A DNA stretch of 64,000 bases, from the NCBI GenBank assembly GCA_964106645.2, contig OZ067038.1. One strand, given 5' to 3'. Shown piece by piece: positions 36,350 through 50,599 of the stretch (the first letter of the stretch is position 1; every line of letters begins with the position of its first letter). The notes under the pieces were generated by a model, which saw nothing but the letters and a program-made list of their open reading frames with translations, was not told the DNA's origin and did no database searches. The translations under genes were made by a program, and so were the position numbers. This DNA is from Podarcis pityusensis (taxonomy: Eukaryota).

Positions 36350-36925
36350 TGTCAGGAGCGACCCAGCAGTAAATCACACTGTGCAAGTTGGAGTTAACTC
36401 TTTATTAGCAAAAAGATGGTGGACACGGGAATGTCAGGCCTAATGAGCCCAACAATTCATCCCCAGTAGGTCTTGCCTCCATGAAGCAGTTGCTGAGAAT
36501 GAAGGTCCCTGACGCCCCACAGCTGCCCAAGTCCCCTCCTCTCCAGGGTTTCCCCCCAAGCAATTGGAGACTGTGTCTGCTCATCATCAATCTCTCCTCT
36601 GCCCTTTTCACGCTTCTTCTGGTTCTAGGAGCCAAGCAGGGAGGGAAGCAGGCTGCAGCAGGAGGGGGAGACACCCTTGACATCACCAGCCTGAATCATC
36701 TCGGCCTCTTGGTGTCCCCTGCTTCAGCTTCTGCCTCTGATTTTTGACTTCTCTCAGCCACGGACTCTCGCAGCTCACTACGCTCTGTTTCCTCCTCAGC
36801 TTCTGAACCTTCCTCTTCCCAGTCTTCTCCCTTTAACCACTCATTGCTGTCCGATCACTATTCCCTGGGCTCTGAGCCTTCTTCCCTTGGAGGTTCCCCA
36901 GCTGGTTCCTCCCACCATTCTCTGT
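36350..36925 (-). mobile_element. LTR-like repeat (partial)
   Basis: TGTCAGG terminus, reverse AATAAA at ~36401, purine-rich body resembling the other solo LTRs. Confidence 0.45.
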
Positions 36926-37139
36926 GCGCAAACAGTCCATCAAATGGGCTTAATCTTCTGTTTAAACTGAAGCATTTTTTTTTCCAAATTGGGGGGGGGG
37001 AGTTACTCCAAAGAGACAGGAAAATGCTGCCTTCACTGCATTACTGAAACCTGGTGGGATGAGACTCATGACTGAAGGAAGAGTAAACCTGAGTAGCCAA
37101 CAGTTGCCGGAAGAAGGTCAGGCAGGCCAAACCTCAGAA

Positions 37140-39250
37140 CAAACTCAGAATTTCAAGGCTTAAAAATAATAATAAAGGTTTATTCAGCTATGTTCAAAGC
37201 AAAAAGAAGAACAAGCAAATAGTAGGTCCTCTGCATGGAGAAGATAGAGAAATGCTACTGGGTGACATAGAGAAAGCAGAACGGCTCAACACCTACTTTG
37301 TCTCTGTCTGACCCAAAAGGAAAGCAGTGTCCAACCTTGGAGAACAGGTGAGGTCCCTGCAGACTGAAGGCAGGCAAATATTGTCCCCATCTTCAAAAAT
37401 GGGGAAAAAGGAGATCCAACCAGTGAGCTTTACATCAATACTGAGGTAAAGGTAAGGGGCCCCTGGATGGTTAAGTCCAATTGAATTCAACTATGGAGCT
37501 CATCTCGCTTCAGGCCAAGGGAGCTGGCGTTTGTCCACAGACAGCTTTCTGGGTCATGTGTCCAGCATGACAAAACTGCTTCTGGTGCCATTGTAACTGG
37601 AACACAGTGATGAAAGCCAGAAGCATGGAAATGATGTTTACCTTCCCGCCACAGTGGTACCTATTTATCTACTTGCGCTGGTATGCTTTTGAACTGCTAG
37701 ATTGGCAGAAGTTGGGACAGAGCAACAGGAGCTCACCCCATTGCATGGATTCAAACTGCCAACCTTCTGATCAGCAAACCCAACAGGCTCAGTGGTTTAG
37801 ACCACAGTGCCTCCACCATCCCTACATCAATACTAGGAAAGGTCTTCAACAGATAATTACAAGCTTGGTGGATCGGGGGGGGGGGAGGCTGTGGATGTAG
37901 TGTATCTTGATTTCTGTGAGGCTTTTGACAAACTCCCCCATGATATGATTGCAAGGAAGCTGGTAAAATGTGGGGCTTAATGAGGTTACTGTGGATTTGT
38001 AGCTGGTTGACTGACCAAAACAAAAAAGTCAGTAATGGTTCCTCATCATCCTGGGGAAAAGTGAGAAGTGGGGTGCTGCAGAGTTCTGTCCTGGGACCTT
38101 TGTAGTTCAACATTTTTATAAACGAGTTGGATGAAGGTGTTGGGGGGATACTCATCCAATTTCTAGATGACACTAAAGTGGGAGGGGTAGCTAATGGTGG
38201 AGAAGCAGAATCAGAATTTAAAATTACCTTAACAGATTGGAGAACTGGGCCCACACTAACAAAATGAATTTCAACAGGGGGAAATGTAAGGTTCTACGCA
38301 TAGACAGCAAGAACCAGCTGCACAAATATAAGAAACCTGGCTTGCCAGTAGTACATGTGAAAAGATCTAGGGTTTTTAGTAGACCACAAGTTTCTCATGA
38401 GTCTGTAGTATGATACAGCAGCAAAAAAGGCTAATGCTATCCTAGGCTGCATTAACAAAAGTATAGTGTCCAGATCAAGGGAAGTAATATCACCATTCTA
38501 TTCTACCTTGGTCAGACCACACCTGGAATAATGTGTTCATGTCTGGGTGCCACAATTTAAGAATGATATTGACATTCTGAACATGTGCAGAGGAGGGCAG
38601 CCAAGATGATCAAGGGACTAGAAATCAAGCCTTATGAAGGAGCTGGATATGTTTAGCCTGGAAAAGAGGAGACTCAGAGGAGATATGGCAGCCCCCTTCA
38701 AATATCTCAAGGGCTATCACATAGAAGAGAGACCGTACTTGTTTTCTCCTGCTCTGGAGGGGAGTACTCAAACCAATGGCTGCAAGTTACAAGAAAGAAG
38801 ATTTTGACTAAATATATAGAAAAGTTTTCTGACAGTAAGGGCTGTTTGACAGTGGACCAGACTCCCACAAGAGGTGGTGGGCTCTCCTTCCTTGGAGGTT
38901 TTTAAGAAGAGGTTAGATGGCTGTCTGCCACGGATGCTTTAGCTGAGATTCCTGCATATGCCCGCGCTGCCCAGGGAAGGCGCACTCCTGAGGGGGGCAG
39001 GGGGCGCCCTCTCAGGCGCAGGATAGCCACTCGGGTGCATGGAGTGGTGCGCATAACCCTGCATCCAGGGGTGGAGTGAGCCGCCGATGGCGGACATTTG
39101 ACGTGCCACCCGCCCGCGACTGCCAAATGTCACCCCCCTCAGCGAAGACACCCAGGGTGGTCCGCCCCCATCGCACCCCCTTCCTCTGCCCCTGATTGCA
39201 GGGGGTTGGACTAGATAACCCTTGGGCCCATTCCAACGTTTCAGTTCTCT
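37140..39250 (+). mobile_element. Degraded CR1 LINE with nested Sauria SINE and a GC-rich MITE-like insert (~38960-39195)
   Basis: RT remnants (GTGGGGTGCTGCAGAGTTCTGTCCTGGGACC; GATGACACTAAAGTGGGAGGGG; GGTCAGACCACACCTGGAATA) and 3' GGGTTGGACTAGATAACCCTTGGG. Confidence 0.88.
37446..37820 (-). mobile_element. Sauria SINE inserted in CR1
   Basis: GGTAAAGGTAAGGGG tail (reverse) and GGTACCTATTTATCTACTTGC core. Confidence 0.85.
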
Positions 39251-42200
39251 GAAACACCATAATCACTATGAATAAACTTTTCCCTGAACAAAGAACCAGG
39301 AAGGGATTAGGCATTCAAGCTACACCAACACAACAGGGGAGCAACTGGGGGTTGCAACCACACCTTAAGCCAAAGCCAACCACTACATATCAGTGCACTT
39401 TCAAGAGGTAGACACAATTCTACACATTAACGGCGTGGTAAGCCAGTTAGGCTGTACTCATCTCTAGAGCCAGCAAGACATGCAATCTCTCTTTGCTCTG
39501 AAGAAGGCCTAGGATGGCTGTTCACTATGGTGAGGATGGAGAAGATCGTCGCCCTCATGTCTCTGGGTTTCCCATGTGTTTCTGGTTGTCCACTGTGAGA
39601 ACAGAATGCTGAACAAGACTGGGCTTGGGCCTGATCCAGCAAAGATGTTCTTATGTACTTAACACTTTGTTTCCATGGTGGCCCTGTTCTAACTTTCTGA
39701 GCCAGCTGTTTGCAATGGAATGAAAGTTCCCATTGGCTGATTACTAGACAGCCTGTTTGAGTAGATCTCATGAAAATGGCGCTATTAACTCCCCTCTATA
39801 GCCCTATATTAATAATAATAAAAAGAATGTATGTGGTGTTAGCCACCTGTGAAATAATTTCCAAACCTCTGAAGCACTTTTAGGAAGGATTACCTATGTT
39901 GTCTTAAAAACTTCAGTAAGGAGGAGGATATTTGACTCTTAGAAAATCCATGATCTTTCTTATGCATTTTGCATTAACATCACCAGCTGCCTCAGCTGGA
40001 AAGTATAATAGTATAATTTTATGTTCAGGACCCCAGGTGTCCCTGATTCACAATTTTGTATGCAAGATGTCTATTAAACATTGACCACTTTCCTTTATGT
40101 GGAAAAGAACTTCGCATTTTGTGCAAGGCTCAACTTTCAAGTTGTAGTGCTACGGGTAAGACGAGGGAATATGGGCATTTTTTAGTGCAGCTATTTGGCT
40201 AAATCATGACAAATTAACTTTAGACCATTGCCACAATTCCTGCTTGAGCCATCTACCTAGTGGTTTGTAATTTAATCTCCTAACACAGTTTACGTTATTG
40301 GGGAGAAGTACTCCAAGGTGTTTTATGGAGCCGGGGTGTATGGGAACTCCTGGGAGGCCCTTTAAATGATGTCAAGCTTCTGAACTCACACTGAGCTGCA
40401 ACACTTCAAATTTTGTATAACTGATTAATAGGCTCTACTCTGTTCTTATAGGCATCACTCTGCATATGTGCACATATGCACTCTGTGTTGCTAGAATTGC
40501 ACATTTTGCTAGCACTTATTTCTCAGATGACTTCTTACTTGAATGTAGGCAGAAATGAGCTAGGGAGCATCAGGCAGGAAAGCAGGAACTCCCAGTATAT
40601 AGGAAGAAGAAGTAGTCACTCTGGACCCTGGAGCAGACCCCTTCACAGTATACAAATGCCGCAAAGTGGATGAAATGCCTTCCGTGGCATTTAGAGTGTA
40701 TGGAGTTTGAAAGTGACATTTCCTGGACCAGAGTGGAGCAATGCTGCCATCAAGCGACACTGCAAAGGGAACTGTGTAGAATTAAAATTCAAAGTGGCCT
40801 CAGTGGAGTACTGCTCTGAAAAGAATTAGCAAAAAAAAAAATGAACCATTACATATTTTTGCAAATGCGGTGGAATGAGGCAGTAGAATCCTGAGTTGGT
40901 ACAGTACAGTGAACCACTCCACTTCAAACTACAGAGACAGAACTCTGAAATGCTTTTTCATTTTTACTCATTACTTTTTTCAAAAGTCAGCATTCTGAGG
41001 AAAAAGGTTACAGCTGAGCCCATTCCCTGCTGCACTAGTTTTTTTTTAGTTTATGAGAATTTTGTATTCAGGGGAGCATCCGGCCATACAGTTTCCCCCC
41101 CATCTGCGCCCCCTCACTGCAACACCTTAAATCTCCTACACAGGCAGTGGGAAGATGTGATCAGTCAGAAGGAGGACATGCAGTTCATCAAAGTTCAAGA
41201 ACCCCAATGAAGATTTCTCCCGTGCCATAATCCCAAAGAAAGAAAGCAGGCTGCAATATTTCAGTTGTGCAGTTCAGCTTCCTGTCAACTCTTTGGGGTA
41301 TCTTAGGGCTAGATTCAAGACTTACCTCTTAGGAACAGTGAGGCCAGCCAGGGACCTTTATAGCCAAGGAAGGATTAGAACCTAGATGGATCTCCAAATA
41401 AAAGCCAAGCAATCCACTGTAGGGCAATGGGTTAGTTAAACTTTAGCCTCTAAAGGGGGTAGTCCTAGCATCCCAGAGGAGTGCATTTATTACATGCACC
41501 GCTCACCACCATCCTCCCCCGCTAGTTAGGGGCTTGCATAAATGGGATAAATGGAATCATGCAGGGACAGAGCTCTAGTTACAGAAAAGTGGAGGTGAAA
41601 CCATCCTTACAACTTCTAGTAAATATTAGAACAGTCTCAAATCCAGTTATTTCATTCCAGGGGGCAAAAGGTAAAAGGGAACATTAACTTTTAATAATTT
41701 TCGGAGCAATATGAAAGAATATCATAAGTTTAAAAGATGCAGAACATCATCATTTGCTTTGGGTACAATGTTTTCAGCAGGAGACAATTTTCTCCAAATG
41801 ATACAGGTTGGTTTGTTGTTTTCTGGAACTCCCGCATAGTATTATCAGCATGCCTAAAGTGCTGGCTAAGCACAGGGGAAATATCTCCCAAAAATTCTGT
41901 TTCAATCTGTCCACTGTTTGAATGGTCCACTGCAGATTTGTTCAATCCACAACCAAAATGAAGTGCATTGCTTACCTTTGGATAGGAGCCATCAGCTTTA
42001 CAGTATTTTATTCCATCACACTATGAAATACCATCTTCGTTTGCATCTAAGCTACAATAACTGAGTAGGTATAGCCACTGAGAGAGAAAAAAGAAATCTT
42101 ATCAAACTAGGAGAATGGGCAGATGCTGGCACATTTAGAAAAATGGATTGGATGTGGACTAGATAAGTTTGCTCCTTCCAACTCTATGATTCTACGATGC

Positions 42201-42774
42201 TTTGCCATTATAATTATATTGCTACATTTCCATTTTATGCCATGGGGAGGAGCCCTCTCTCAAGACATAGGCAGTTACCTTCTTCCTATGTCTGTGAAGC
42301 TGCAATGCTCTAGCCTGTGAAGAGAGCAATCGTTTTCACTGGCCACCGTCCTCTACTTCCTGAAATCTAGCCATATCATTCTAGACTCTCTACTGTGGGC
42401 TAGAAGAGCATCAACTGAACCTAACTGATGCATCTGCCAAAGTCTGAGTGACCACCACGTGTCGGATCCTGAGTTGTACTTAACAGCAATAGCTGGGGAG
42501 GTGGGAGGAAGAGGATAACCTTCAAAATGCTTTTGGCTAGTTAAGTGCACTGTCTTGACATGAAACATCATTTCTTCAAGGAGGAATAAGGAGGATTTTT
42601 TCAAAAATAATTTCTTACACCTCAAGGAGGAATAAGCTACTTTGATTTAATGAGCATTCTATTAGAAGATATTCACCTTTCCACATGTAGTTCTGACTGC
42701 AGTAGGGACTCAGGAAGTTTGTCTCTTCAGACGCTAGAGCAGATGCCACTCTCTTATAATGGTTGTTTTTGGCA

Positions 42775-43670
42775 TGCGTCTGTCCTGAGAGACCATGGAG
42801 TGGGCTTTCAGGAGTGAAGTCAAACTGCTGCATTAGCAACACCCGCAACCTCCCTGGGGGGTGAGCCTGGGCAGTTTATATGGTGGTCCTGGGCTGCCCA
42901 GCTGACAAGATCCCCCTCTCAGCCTTGCTGCTGTGTATGGGGTGTTAGGGGGTGGGTAGTACCTTTGGTGGGGGGCACGTTGAACTCCTTTTGGGGTAGT
43001 TTGTTCACCTTTGGTCCCCACCCTGCACTCAGCTCTCACCTGTGACTCCTAGAAGCTGTAAGCGTGCAACAGTGGCCACACCCCAGGAAATGGCTTTGAC
43101 TGGCCAGCAAGTGCACCAACTGGGGTTTGGTGCACTTGCTGGCACCAAATTTTCAAGAAGGGGGGCAGGCCTCCTCAAAATTCCCTGGTGTCTGTGCCCC
43201 CCCACTGCAGTGTATGCTCACATCACATTTACAAGCCACTGGGCATGCACATGACATGTCAGCACACCCTGTGATGTGCACACATGGCGCAAGCATGCCA
43301 CGGGACATGCTTATGTCATGCATGCACACTGTGAGATGTGCTGGCATTCTGTGGCTCAGCCCCCTCAATCACAGGGGCAAGGCAGAGTGCTTGGGGGCCA
43401 GCTAAAGCAGGTGAGGATAGCCAATGGGTCTCAAACCCTCAGTGACCTTTGGACTTCCCCTGCTTGCTAAGACAGGCCCCAGCGGGTGGAGTGGACAATG
43501 CCAGCAGTGAGTCCAACTTTCAAGAAAGCAGTTTCCGCATGTGCTACAGAGGGAAGTGATGGGCAGGTGTGGCTCATCAACCTGGGAAGGTAACCTTGCA
43601 ATATATATTTAGGAGAATAAAGGGCTAAGGAGTAAACCCTGCACAAATCTGCAGTGGAGTCCCCAAGAGA
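42775..43670. mobile_element. RTE-related repeat pieces in opposite orientations with a nested GC-rich insert (~43107-43405)
   Basis: 42775-42935 is colinear with 14640-14790; 42950-43670 is the reverse complement of parts of 14870-15345. Confidence 0.55.
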
Positions 43671-44079
43671 GGAGGATGGCTGCTCCTCCTCCTCCTGGCA
43701 ACTCACCTTCTGCTGCCCCACAGGCACATTATGCCTCATAGCTAGGCAAGATTAGGCAACCCCAGCTTGCTGTTACTGAGCCACATGACAGCACAATGAT
43801 TATTTTAGCTGGGCAGATCACCCTCTGAATGTATGCCTAGCATATGTTTTCATGGGGTAGATTCTACTTCAGATGCATGGCATTTTATTTATATAATTTA
43901 TATAATACTATATATATATATATATACACACAATATATAATACACACACCGCCATTTTATGAATACTGTAAGTATGTAAGTAGTGAGAGCAGAAGAAAAT
44001 AACATACAAAAATACTGTGACAATTGCATGAAATAAAGCAGGGATCATTCAGACATTTCCCTAATATAAAACATCAGCA

Positions 44080-44345
44080 AGAGGCCACATAAAGGCACAA
44101 ACCCAGATGGCAACCCAGAGACATATTGACTTAGGCAACACTACTACAGGACCTAATAATGCCAACATCAAGAATTCATTTGTTTGCTCATCCTCCCAAA
44201 TGGCACATGCTTTCATTTGCCAGTAATGCCTGTCTGCATTCTCTGTAGAACAAACAGGTCAGTCTGGTCATGAAAGAGTAAATAGATACAAATGTAGCAT
44301 CAGAAAGTGCAAGATTCAGAAACCAGTGGCATTACATTTTGTTAG
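44080..44345 (+). mobile_element. Penelope-like element, GIY-YIG endonuclease remnant
   Basis: Degenerate translation resembling SFTCSSSN..YAIICQQCPSALY.GQTGQSL..RIN.HK..IR....QKPV..HF. Confidence 0.6.
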
Positions 44346-44599
44346 TGGCCATGAAAAAATAGGTAAAAAACAAGAATTCCCTGAATGCCAAGATCCAGAT
44401 TTGGGGCATGGTTGTCGCGTCCCCACACTGCCCTCTCTAAGCAGCCTTGCAAGGCTCAGATCTGGGGAGGGCAGTGCTGGCGCTAGACGGACCCAACAAC
44501 CACGCAGCCAGCTGACGTGGCACGTGGCGGGTGCAAAGCAGGCACCCCCATGCCGGCACCCCCAACGCAGCTTGGCCCGGTGCCCCTCTTCACGATCAC

Positions 44600-45870
44600 C
44601 TAATCTTTACGGAGGGGTCATAGTGTGCAATGATATCATTCGCATGCTTGAGTGTACCGAAGAGTTCAGAAAAGCTCTCCAGGGTCCAGGTGGCTTGGTC
44701 ATTCTGTTCCTCCTCTTTCCCACTTTTAGAGCTGGAGCTCAATCTCACCATTTCCTGCCGCGATTCCAGACTCAAGGCCTGTTGCCCCTAAATCATTTCT
44801 TCCACCTCCTCCTGGATGAGGTCACAAAGCCACTGCCACATAGGCACCAACTTGCGGCCAACATTGGGGCACCCATCATGCATGTATGACATCATATGCA
44901 CAACATGCAATGTGTGTGCCCACCCAGGCCGACTCAGCACATCACACCCCATCCACCAACCGTCCACCGTCTTACCTTTGTTCACCACCACTGTCGCGAG
45001 GCTGAGGCTGCCTCAGCGATGCATCCCCCCCCATGAGGCCCACTGAGACACTTTGGTGTGTTTCTTTGAGATCGCCAGAGCACCTTTCCAGAAGCTGCCC
45101 TGCTGATCATCAGAGGGACGTGCCAGTGCAAAGGCTCCCTTAACATTGAGGGGGCCTGGCCCCCTGCCAACAGATATTGAGGGGGCCAAAGACACTCTGG
45201 TGTTGGCGCACCTGCATTGCCACCAACTTGCCTCACAATCTGGACAATGTTTTCCATCTCAGTGGCAATGCCAGGGAATCCACTGAAATCGTCAATGCAT
45301 TCCTTTCATAGGTTGCACCAGCAGGAGCTCACGGTTTCAGGCTTGATGGCATCCCCTGTCTGCTTTAAGTGATGCAGTTGGTGATGCTGAAGAACTTCCA
45401 GAATGCCACGAGATCGAGATCTGGATCAGCATCCAGGACATCAAGTCAGCAAGGCAAGAGTGAGGCTGGTATAATGAGCCTTGAAGTAGTGAACCACCCC
45501 TTGATCCAAAGGCTGGATGAGTGAGGTCGTACAGCGAATGGGGGGAGAAAAGCAACTCTGACATGCTTGTGTTCAAATTGCAGTCCCTGCACGTAACCAG
45601 AAGCACTGTCCACTAGCAGAAGCACTTTGAACTCCAGCAGGTGACGCCTCATCTCTAGAACAAAGCATTTGTGGAACCAGTCCAGGAAGTTTTCAGCAGT
45701 CACCCAGGCCTTCTTGTTGGCCTGCCAGCAGACAGGCAACAGGTTCTTGTTCTTGCCTTTGAGGGCACAACAATGCCCAGACGCATTGCCAAAGAGCAGC
45801 ACAGTCAACCGATCCTTCACAGCTTTAAACTCAAGGGCACCTTTTCTGCTTTGGCAATGTAGGTCTGGTG
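44600..45870 (-). pseudogene. Tigger/pogo (TIGD1-like) transposase remnant with later insertions
   Basis: FKAVKDRLTVLLFGNASG...WQANKKAWVTAENFLDWFHKCF...KVLLLVDSA...FLPP (DDE_1 core), then IVRQVGG and WTLESFSELF...YDPS further 3'; frameshifted. Confidence 0.85.
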
Positions 45871-47524
45871 GAAGTTGGATGTGACATAAGATGTGGAGGA
45901 AGGTACAGGAGATAATGTTAATGCATAAATCAACATGTGAGAAGTAAAAACCCATCTACACCAAATCTGACATAATATATGTCTATCTGTGAAAGTAAAG
46001 TTTTTTAATTCAGGACAAGGTGTGAAGAATTAAATGTTCCATGTGAGAAGGTAAGAGAAGCATTCAGTTCTGCTTTAAACATTTTAAATGTTGTGCCAGT
46101 TCAAGAACAGCAGCACAAAAGAACACTTATCTGCAGGTGGCCACTTACAAAAGGCGTTGTTGTAAGCATTATTTAGGTATTGGAGCCTGTTTCATCATAG
46201 GAAGATTTCTGGCTGCTACTGTGTTTATAAATATGCAAAAACAGGAGGGTGGGAGGAATAACAATGTGGCAAAACCCCTCCAGTGATGGGCGCTGTATCT
46301 GATACAGTTTTATCCTGCATGTAATGGCCTTCAAGCCAATAACATGTCTACTCAGAAGTAAGCCCCATTCAATAAAATATAATTTACTCCCAAGTAGGTG
46401 TGCACAGAATTGCAAGCTTAGTCAAGAAACAAGTGGACTCTGGACCCTTGTCCCATCTCAACATGCCAACCCCCTAGAGGCTAATAAGCTTCTGAGCTCC
46501 TGGAATTTAGTCAGGAAAACAGAGTTTGGGGTTAAAGTATCGGTTAAGCAGTCAAAACAATACATCCATAGTTAGTGTTTATGAATACCAAGAGAGAGAG
46601 TGGGGGAATTCAGTTTCTCTGACCAATTTCCAGCAGGCCCAATGGCAGCACCCACCTCCTGCGCCTGTTGATGGTGCATCTGAACCCAGCAGAGCCCACG
46701 AAAGATGCCTGCCCCGCCCACTTTTAGTTTAGCCTCCATTAAAATTTCCCAGGCTGCCCCGACAAAGCATTGTTCCAAAGCCTTGTGAGAGAGCAACATG
46801 GCAGCTAGACGCTGCTGTCCTTCATAACCAGGTAAGCCCACCATGCCATGATGGAGAAGGGCCTTCCCCCAGAGGCTATTTTACTGAGGGGCCCTTCCAA
46901 TTTGGAGCCAGTCCTACTTCAGATCCCCAAATATTTGAACTTATTTACATCATCATCATTTACTGTTAATGTTTTATTGAAGACTCGGCACTGAACTACT
47001 TTCCCCACTGGACCACGCTGGCTTGTGCTTGTTCCAGCCTCCTCTGCAATTCTGTAAATAGTTTCAAAAGACTCTGATTTTATCAATATATGAAGAATAA
47101 CTGTTAAATACTCTCTACTTCCTGAGAGGGGATGTTTGAGGGGCTATGATAAGACATTTATGGGGTAGCACTGTTTGGGGTTGGGTTTCCTTTGGATGAG
47201 AGAGCACTGAGGACTCGTGGCTTTCTTGTAATGTTTGCTTTATTTACAAATATGGGGGGGACAGCTCTTACAAGGCAACAAATTTGCTACTTCCTTATCA
47301 GACCAGAGAGGTCATGCCCTCTCCCATGTCTCCCACCAATTCACACACAAAAATATCTCCCTCTGCTTTGCCTTTTCCAAAGTATAAGGTGCTGTTTTGC
47401 CCACTTATAGCCCCACAAATCTGATGTCTTGACTTAGCTGCCTTTCCCCAGCACTGAGGGATAAACCATTCAAACAGAGACCTCAATTATTTCGTTTTCC
47501 CCATCTCCCATCTGCCAGCCATTC

Positions 47525-48193
47525 CAGTGGCGTAGCGTGGGTTGTCAGCACCCGGGGCAAGGCAAGTAATTTGCGCCCCCTAACCCGTGGATTTTGCGCC
47601 CCCTAACCCGTGGAGCGCGGCCCCCCAGATGTTGCGCCCGGTGTGGCCGGCCCAGCCTGCACCCCCCACGCTACGCCACTGTAGCACAGAACACCATCCC
47701 TAATCCTGCAACTGCAAAAAGTTCTGCAACACAGCACAACAGACCGTGCAAAAGGATCGTTGTTGATGCTTTTATTAAAAAAATGTAAACAACAGCCATC
47801 TTTATTTACACTATGAGCTAACTGTCTGAGATGGGTAAAACCAATCCCAAAGGGCCCTTACAAACAGTAGATTATGCTACATTTTCCTTGTTTAAATCCA
47901 CAATGTTTTGGTTTTTTTAAATGCACTCTACCTCCCCACCCTTATACCCTTTCCACCCAAGACGTACACCTGATGCCTTTGTCACACATTACATGCACCC
48001 AACCCCTTCCCTGCAGTCAGCTAGATTTCCCTCGCAATAAACGTGGGTGGGTAGGTACCGGAGAAGGGAAACCTGAAAAGAGGAAGTGGCTGCTTTCCTG
48101 CATTCTGCCTCAGGGTCTTACTGCCCACCCTGCTCTGTTTCGTTGCTGTGTTTGCTCAAACGGAACAAAGAGCAGGGAAAGCCCCTCCCCTCC

Positions 48194-48242
<49 letters not shown>

Positions 48243-48524
48243 CCCTCCACGAGTTGTCGAGCTTGGGCAACGGCTGCGCGGCCGACAGCGAGGCGCTAAG
48301 GCGCCGGCTCCCCAGGCTGCAGCGCTTGGCCAGGCGCTGCGCTTGCATGCCTGGCCGCGCCCAGCTCGCCTCAGCGCAGCGGAAAACAGAAGCAGTGGCG
48401 GAGACGACGACCCCCCACCCCAACCAAGCCTCGATTGCTTGTCCCTTCCCTCTGGACTCGCGCCCCCCCAGGTGTTGCGCCCGGTGCGGCTGGCACCCCT
48501 GGCACCCCCCACGCTACGCCACTG
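47525..48524. mobile_element. Composite hAT non-autonomous element with a duplicated right end
   Basis: Left TIR CAGTGGCGTAGCGTGGG; right TIR CCCACGCTACGCCACTG ending at both 47681 and 48524; 8-bp TSD AGCCATTC at 47517-47524 and 48525-48532. Confidence 0.88.
48198..48239. repeat. (GA)n microsatellite
   Basis: Visible directly in sequence. Confidence 0.95.
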
Positions 48525-49172
48525 AGCCATTCTGGGCCATGGACTGGCAGGCTGTCTAACAGATGAATGTTTGGCTAGCAGCTTTTAACAATACTTGGGC
48601 TTGCTGCCAACTCTAGGGCAGCTTTCCCTGTTTTCCCAGTTAAACTAGTGACTAGTTGGGATTCCATGTTGCCTTCTGGGCCAGGCTTCCTACTAGAAAG
48701 CTGTCTAAAATACCAGTTGACCAGCTGCAGGGTGCTCATCACAGATGCAGTTCTGGTTTGGCCCTTGGAGAAGAGTGGAAGGAAGAGGACAACACTGGTC
48801 CTTACAACTCCAGAACATTCCCCCTGTTGCTATTTGTACTGTATTTGTTAGAAAATGTCTTTTACAAAGAATAAATTGTACTGGGGAAAAGAAAACATAT
48901 GTAATGTAGCGGCTGCAAAGCAGGTGAGTCCAATCAAGGTCACAGAAACTCTGAATCATTGCCCTTTTAACTTGTTAACTGCCTTTAAAAGTAAAAGAGA
49001 GAGTGTCTGTCTGTCTGTCTTAGAAGTGAGGGTGAAAGTTGGAGGTTGGCTGGTTGCATCGCCGTTATTTTGTTGACTGGGAACATGGGAGTGTGAAGAA
49101 TTCAAGCAGACTCTTTCTGGAAGAGCTTATAAAGACAGGCAAGCTATGGACTAATGATTTACACATTGCTGT

Positions 49173-49320
49173 CATGGGCATAACTGGGGGAGGGCAAAGG
49201 GGGCAGAGAGGGCTAGCTGCCCCCCATCAATAAAAATCAATAAAAATACATAGCTAAGTGAGGTTCTGCCCCGCCAACAAAAGGCCTGCACCTCTAACAA
49301 AAATCCTGGCTACGCCCATA
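49173..49320. mobile_element. hAT MITE
   Basis: CATGGGCATAAC...GCTACGCCCATA with 8-bp TSD ATTGCTGT at 49165-49172 and 49321-49328. Confidence 0.85.
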
Positions 49321-50599
49321 ATTGCTGTGAAATAATGTGTTTTTAGAGACCCTCTCTTGGTCTCAGGGAAGAGAAATAAATTGTACTGAACTTGATATAA
49401 AAATAATACAGCTTGCTAAATTGTTGCCATCCTGGCAAGTAAAGATTCACCTTCAAGTCTTGTGTAAGGAGTCTTACTTTATCAGTAAGGTTTGAGGGTG
49501 AAACCCCTATGTCACTCTGAAATAGACAACAGCCCCTAATCCTGTTACAGACATGAGGCTCTCTAAACATGGACTGGAAATTGCTTGGGTTCTGATTTTC
49601 TGTAAGAGGAAAGTGGAAATATTTCAAGTGTTCCTGTGCTGTACACCCCGATGACTCATGCCACATAGCTGCTTCTGAAAAAAGCTTACCTTGACCTAAT
49701 AGGGCAATAAAGGAGAACAAATAGTTCACATGCTGAATTATCCAGAGAGACTTAACACAGCCAATTAAAAGCTCACAAGATATTGTGTTAATTTGTTTTT
49801 TTAATTAATAAAGCACAGGTTAAGTTTAAAATAGATTCTATAAAGGCTTATTTGAAGTCTCTCAATTCATTTCTTATTAATATATTATTATGCATTAAGG
49901 GCAGCTAATCACCATTTCTTTTTATTGAATGCCCTTCTTTTTATTTAAAGTCATCACACTAACTTTTACAGAGGATTCTGATGTCAAAGCAGTGCTTAAA
50001 ACCGCCAGAGACCTGCAGGTATAGGGCGGTATATAAATTCAATAAATAATAAAAATAATAAAAGTTATCAGAGATGTTCACATTTTTCAAAAATATGAAG
50101 ATTTTACAGGCTGCTACTTTATAAATGGCATTTGCATTACAATCCTATGTATGTTCATTCAAAAGGCCTCTCTTATTGAACAAGGCATACCCACATATAA
50201 ATATAGATTAGATATAAACCCTAATATTTACATAATCACAATTATAGACAAAAGTTGTATGTTAGTGAGTAAGGATCTGAGATCTTGTAAAGCTAGTGAA
50301 CAGGGATTGGTTCTTGGAGTCTGCTGGCAGTAAACCTCTACCTGTAATCTGAACTAGGCCTTTCAGCATTACATCTTTAGTGCTTAGTTGATGTGCAAAT
50401 TATGTAATTTTATTAAGGTAATATTTGAAACCATAAGCAGAGGCCAGGCTAGTGTGGAGGTGGATGCTCTACACTAGTGTTCAGGTCTAGAATGAGGGTC
50501 TCCAGTAGATTACTCAGGATTTGAAGATTATTAGGATTTGAAGTAAAGGAGGGCAGACTCAGCCAGTATCAGCATCGCTGTCAGACAGTCTATGTCAGT

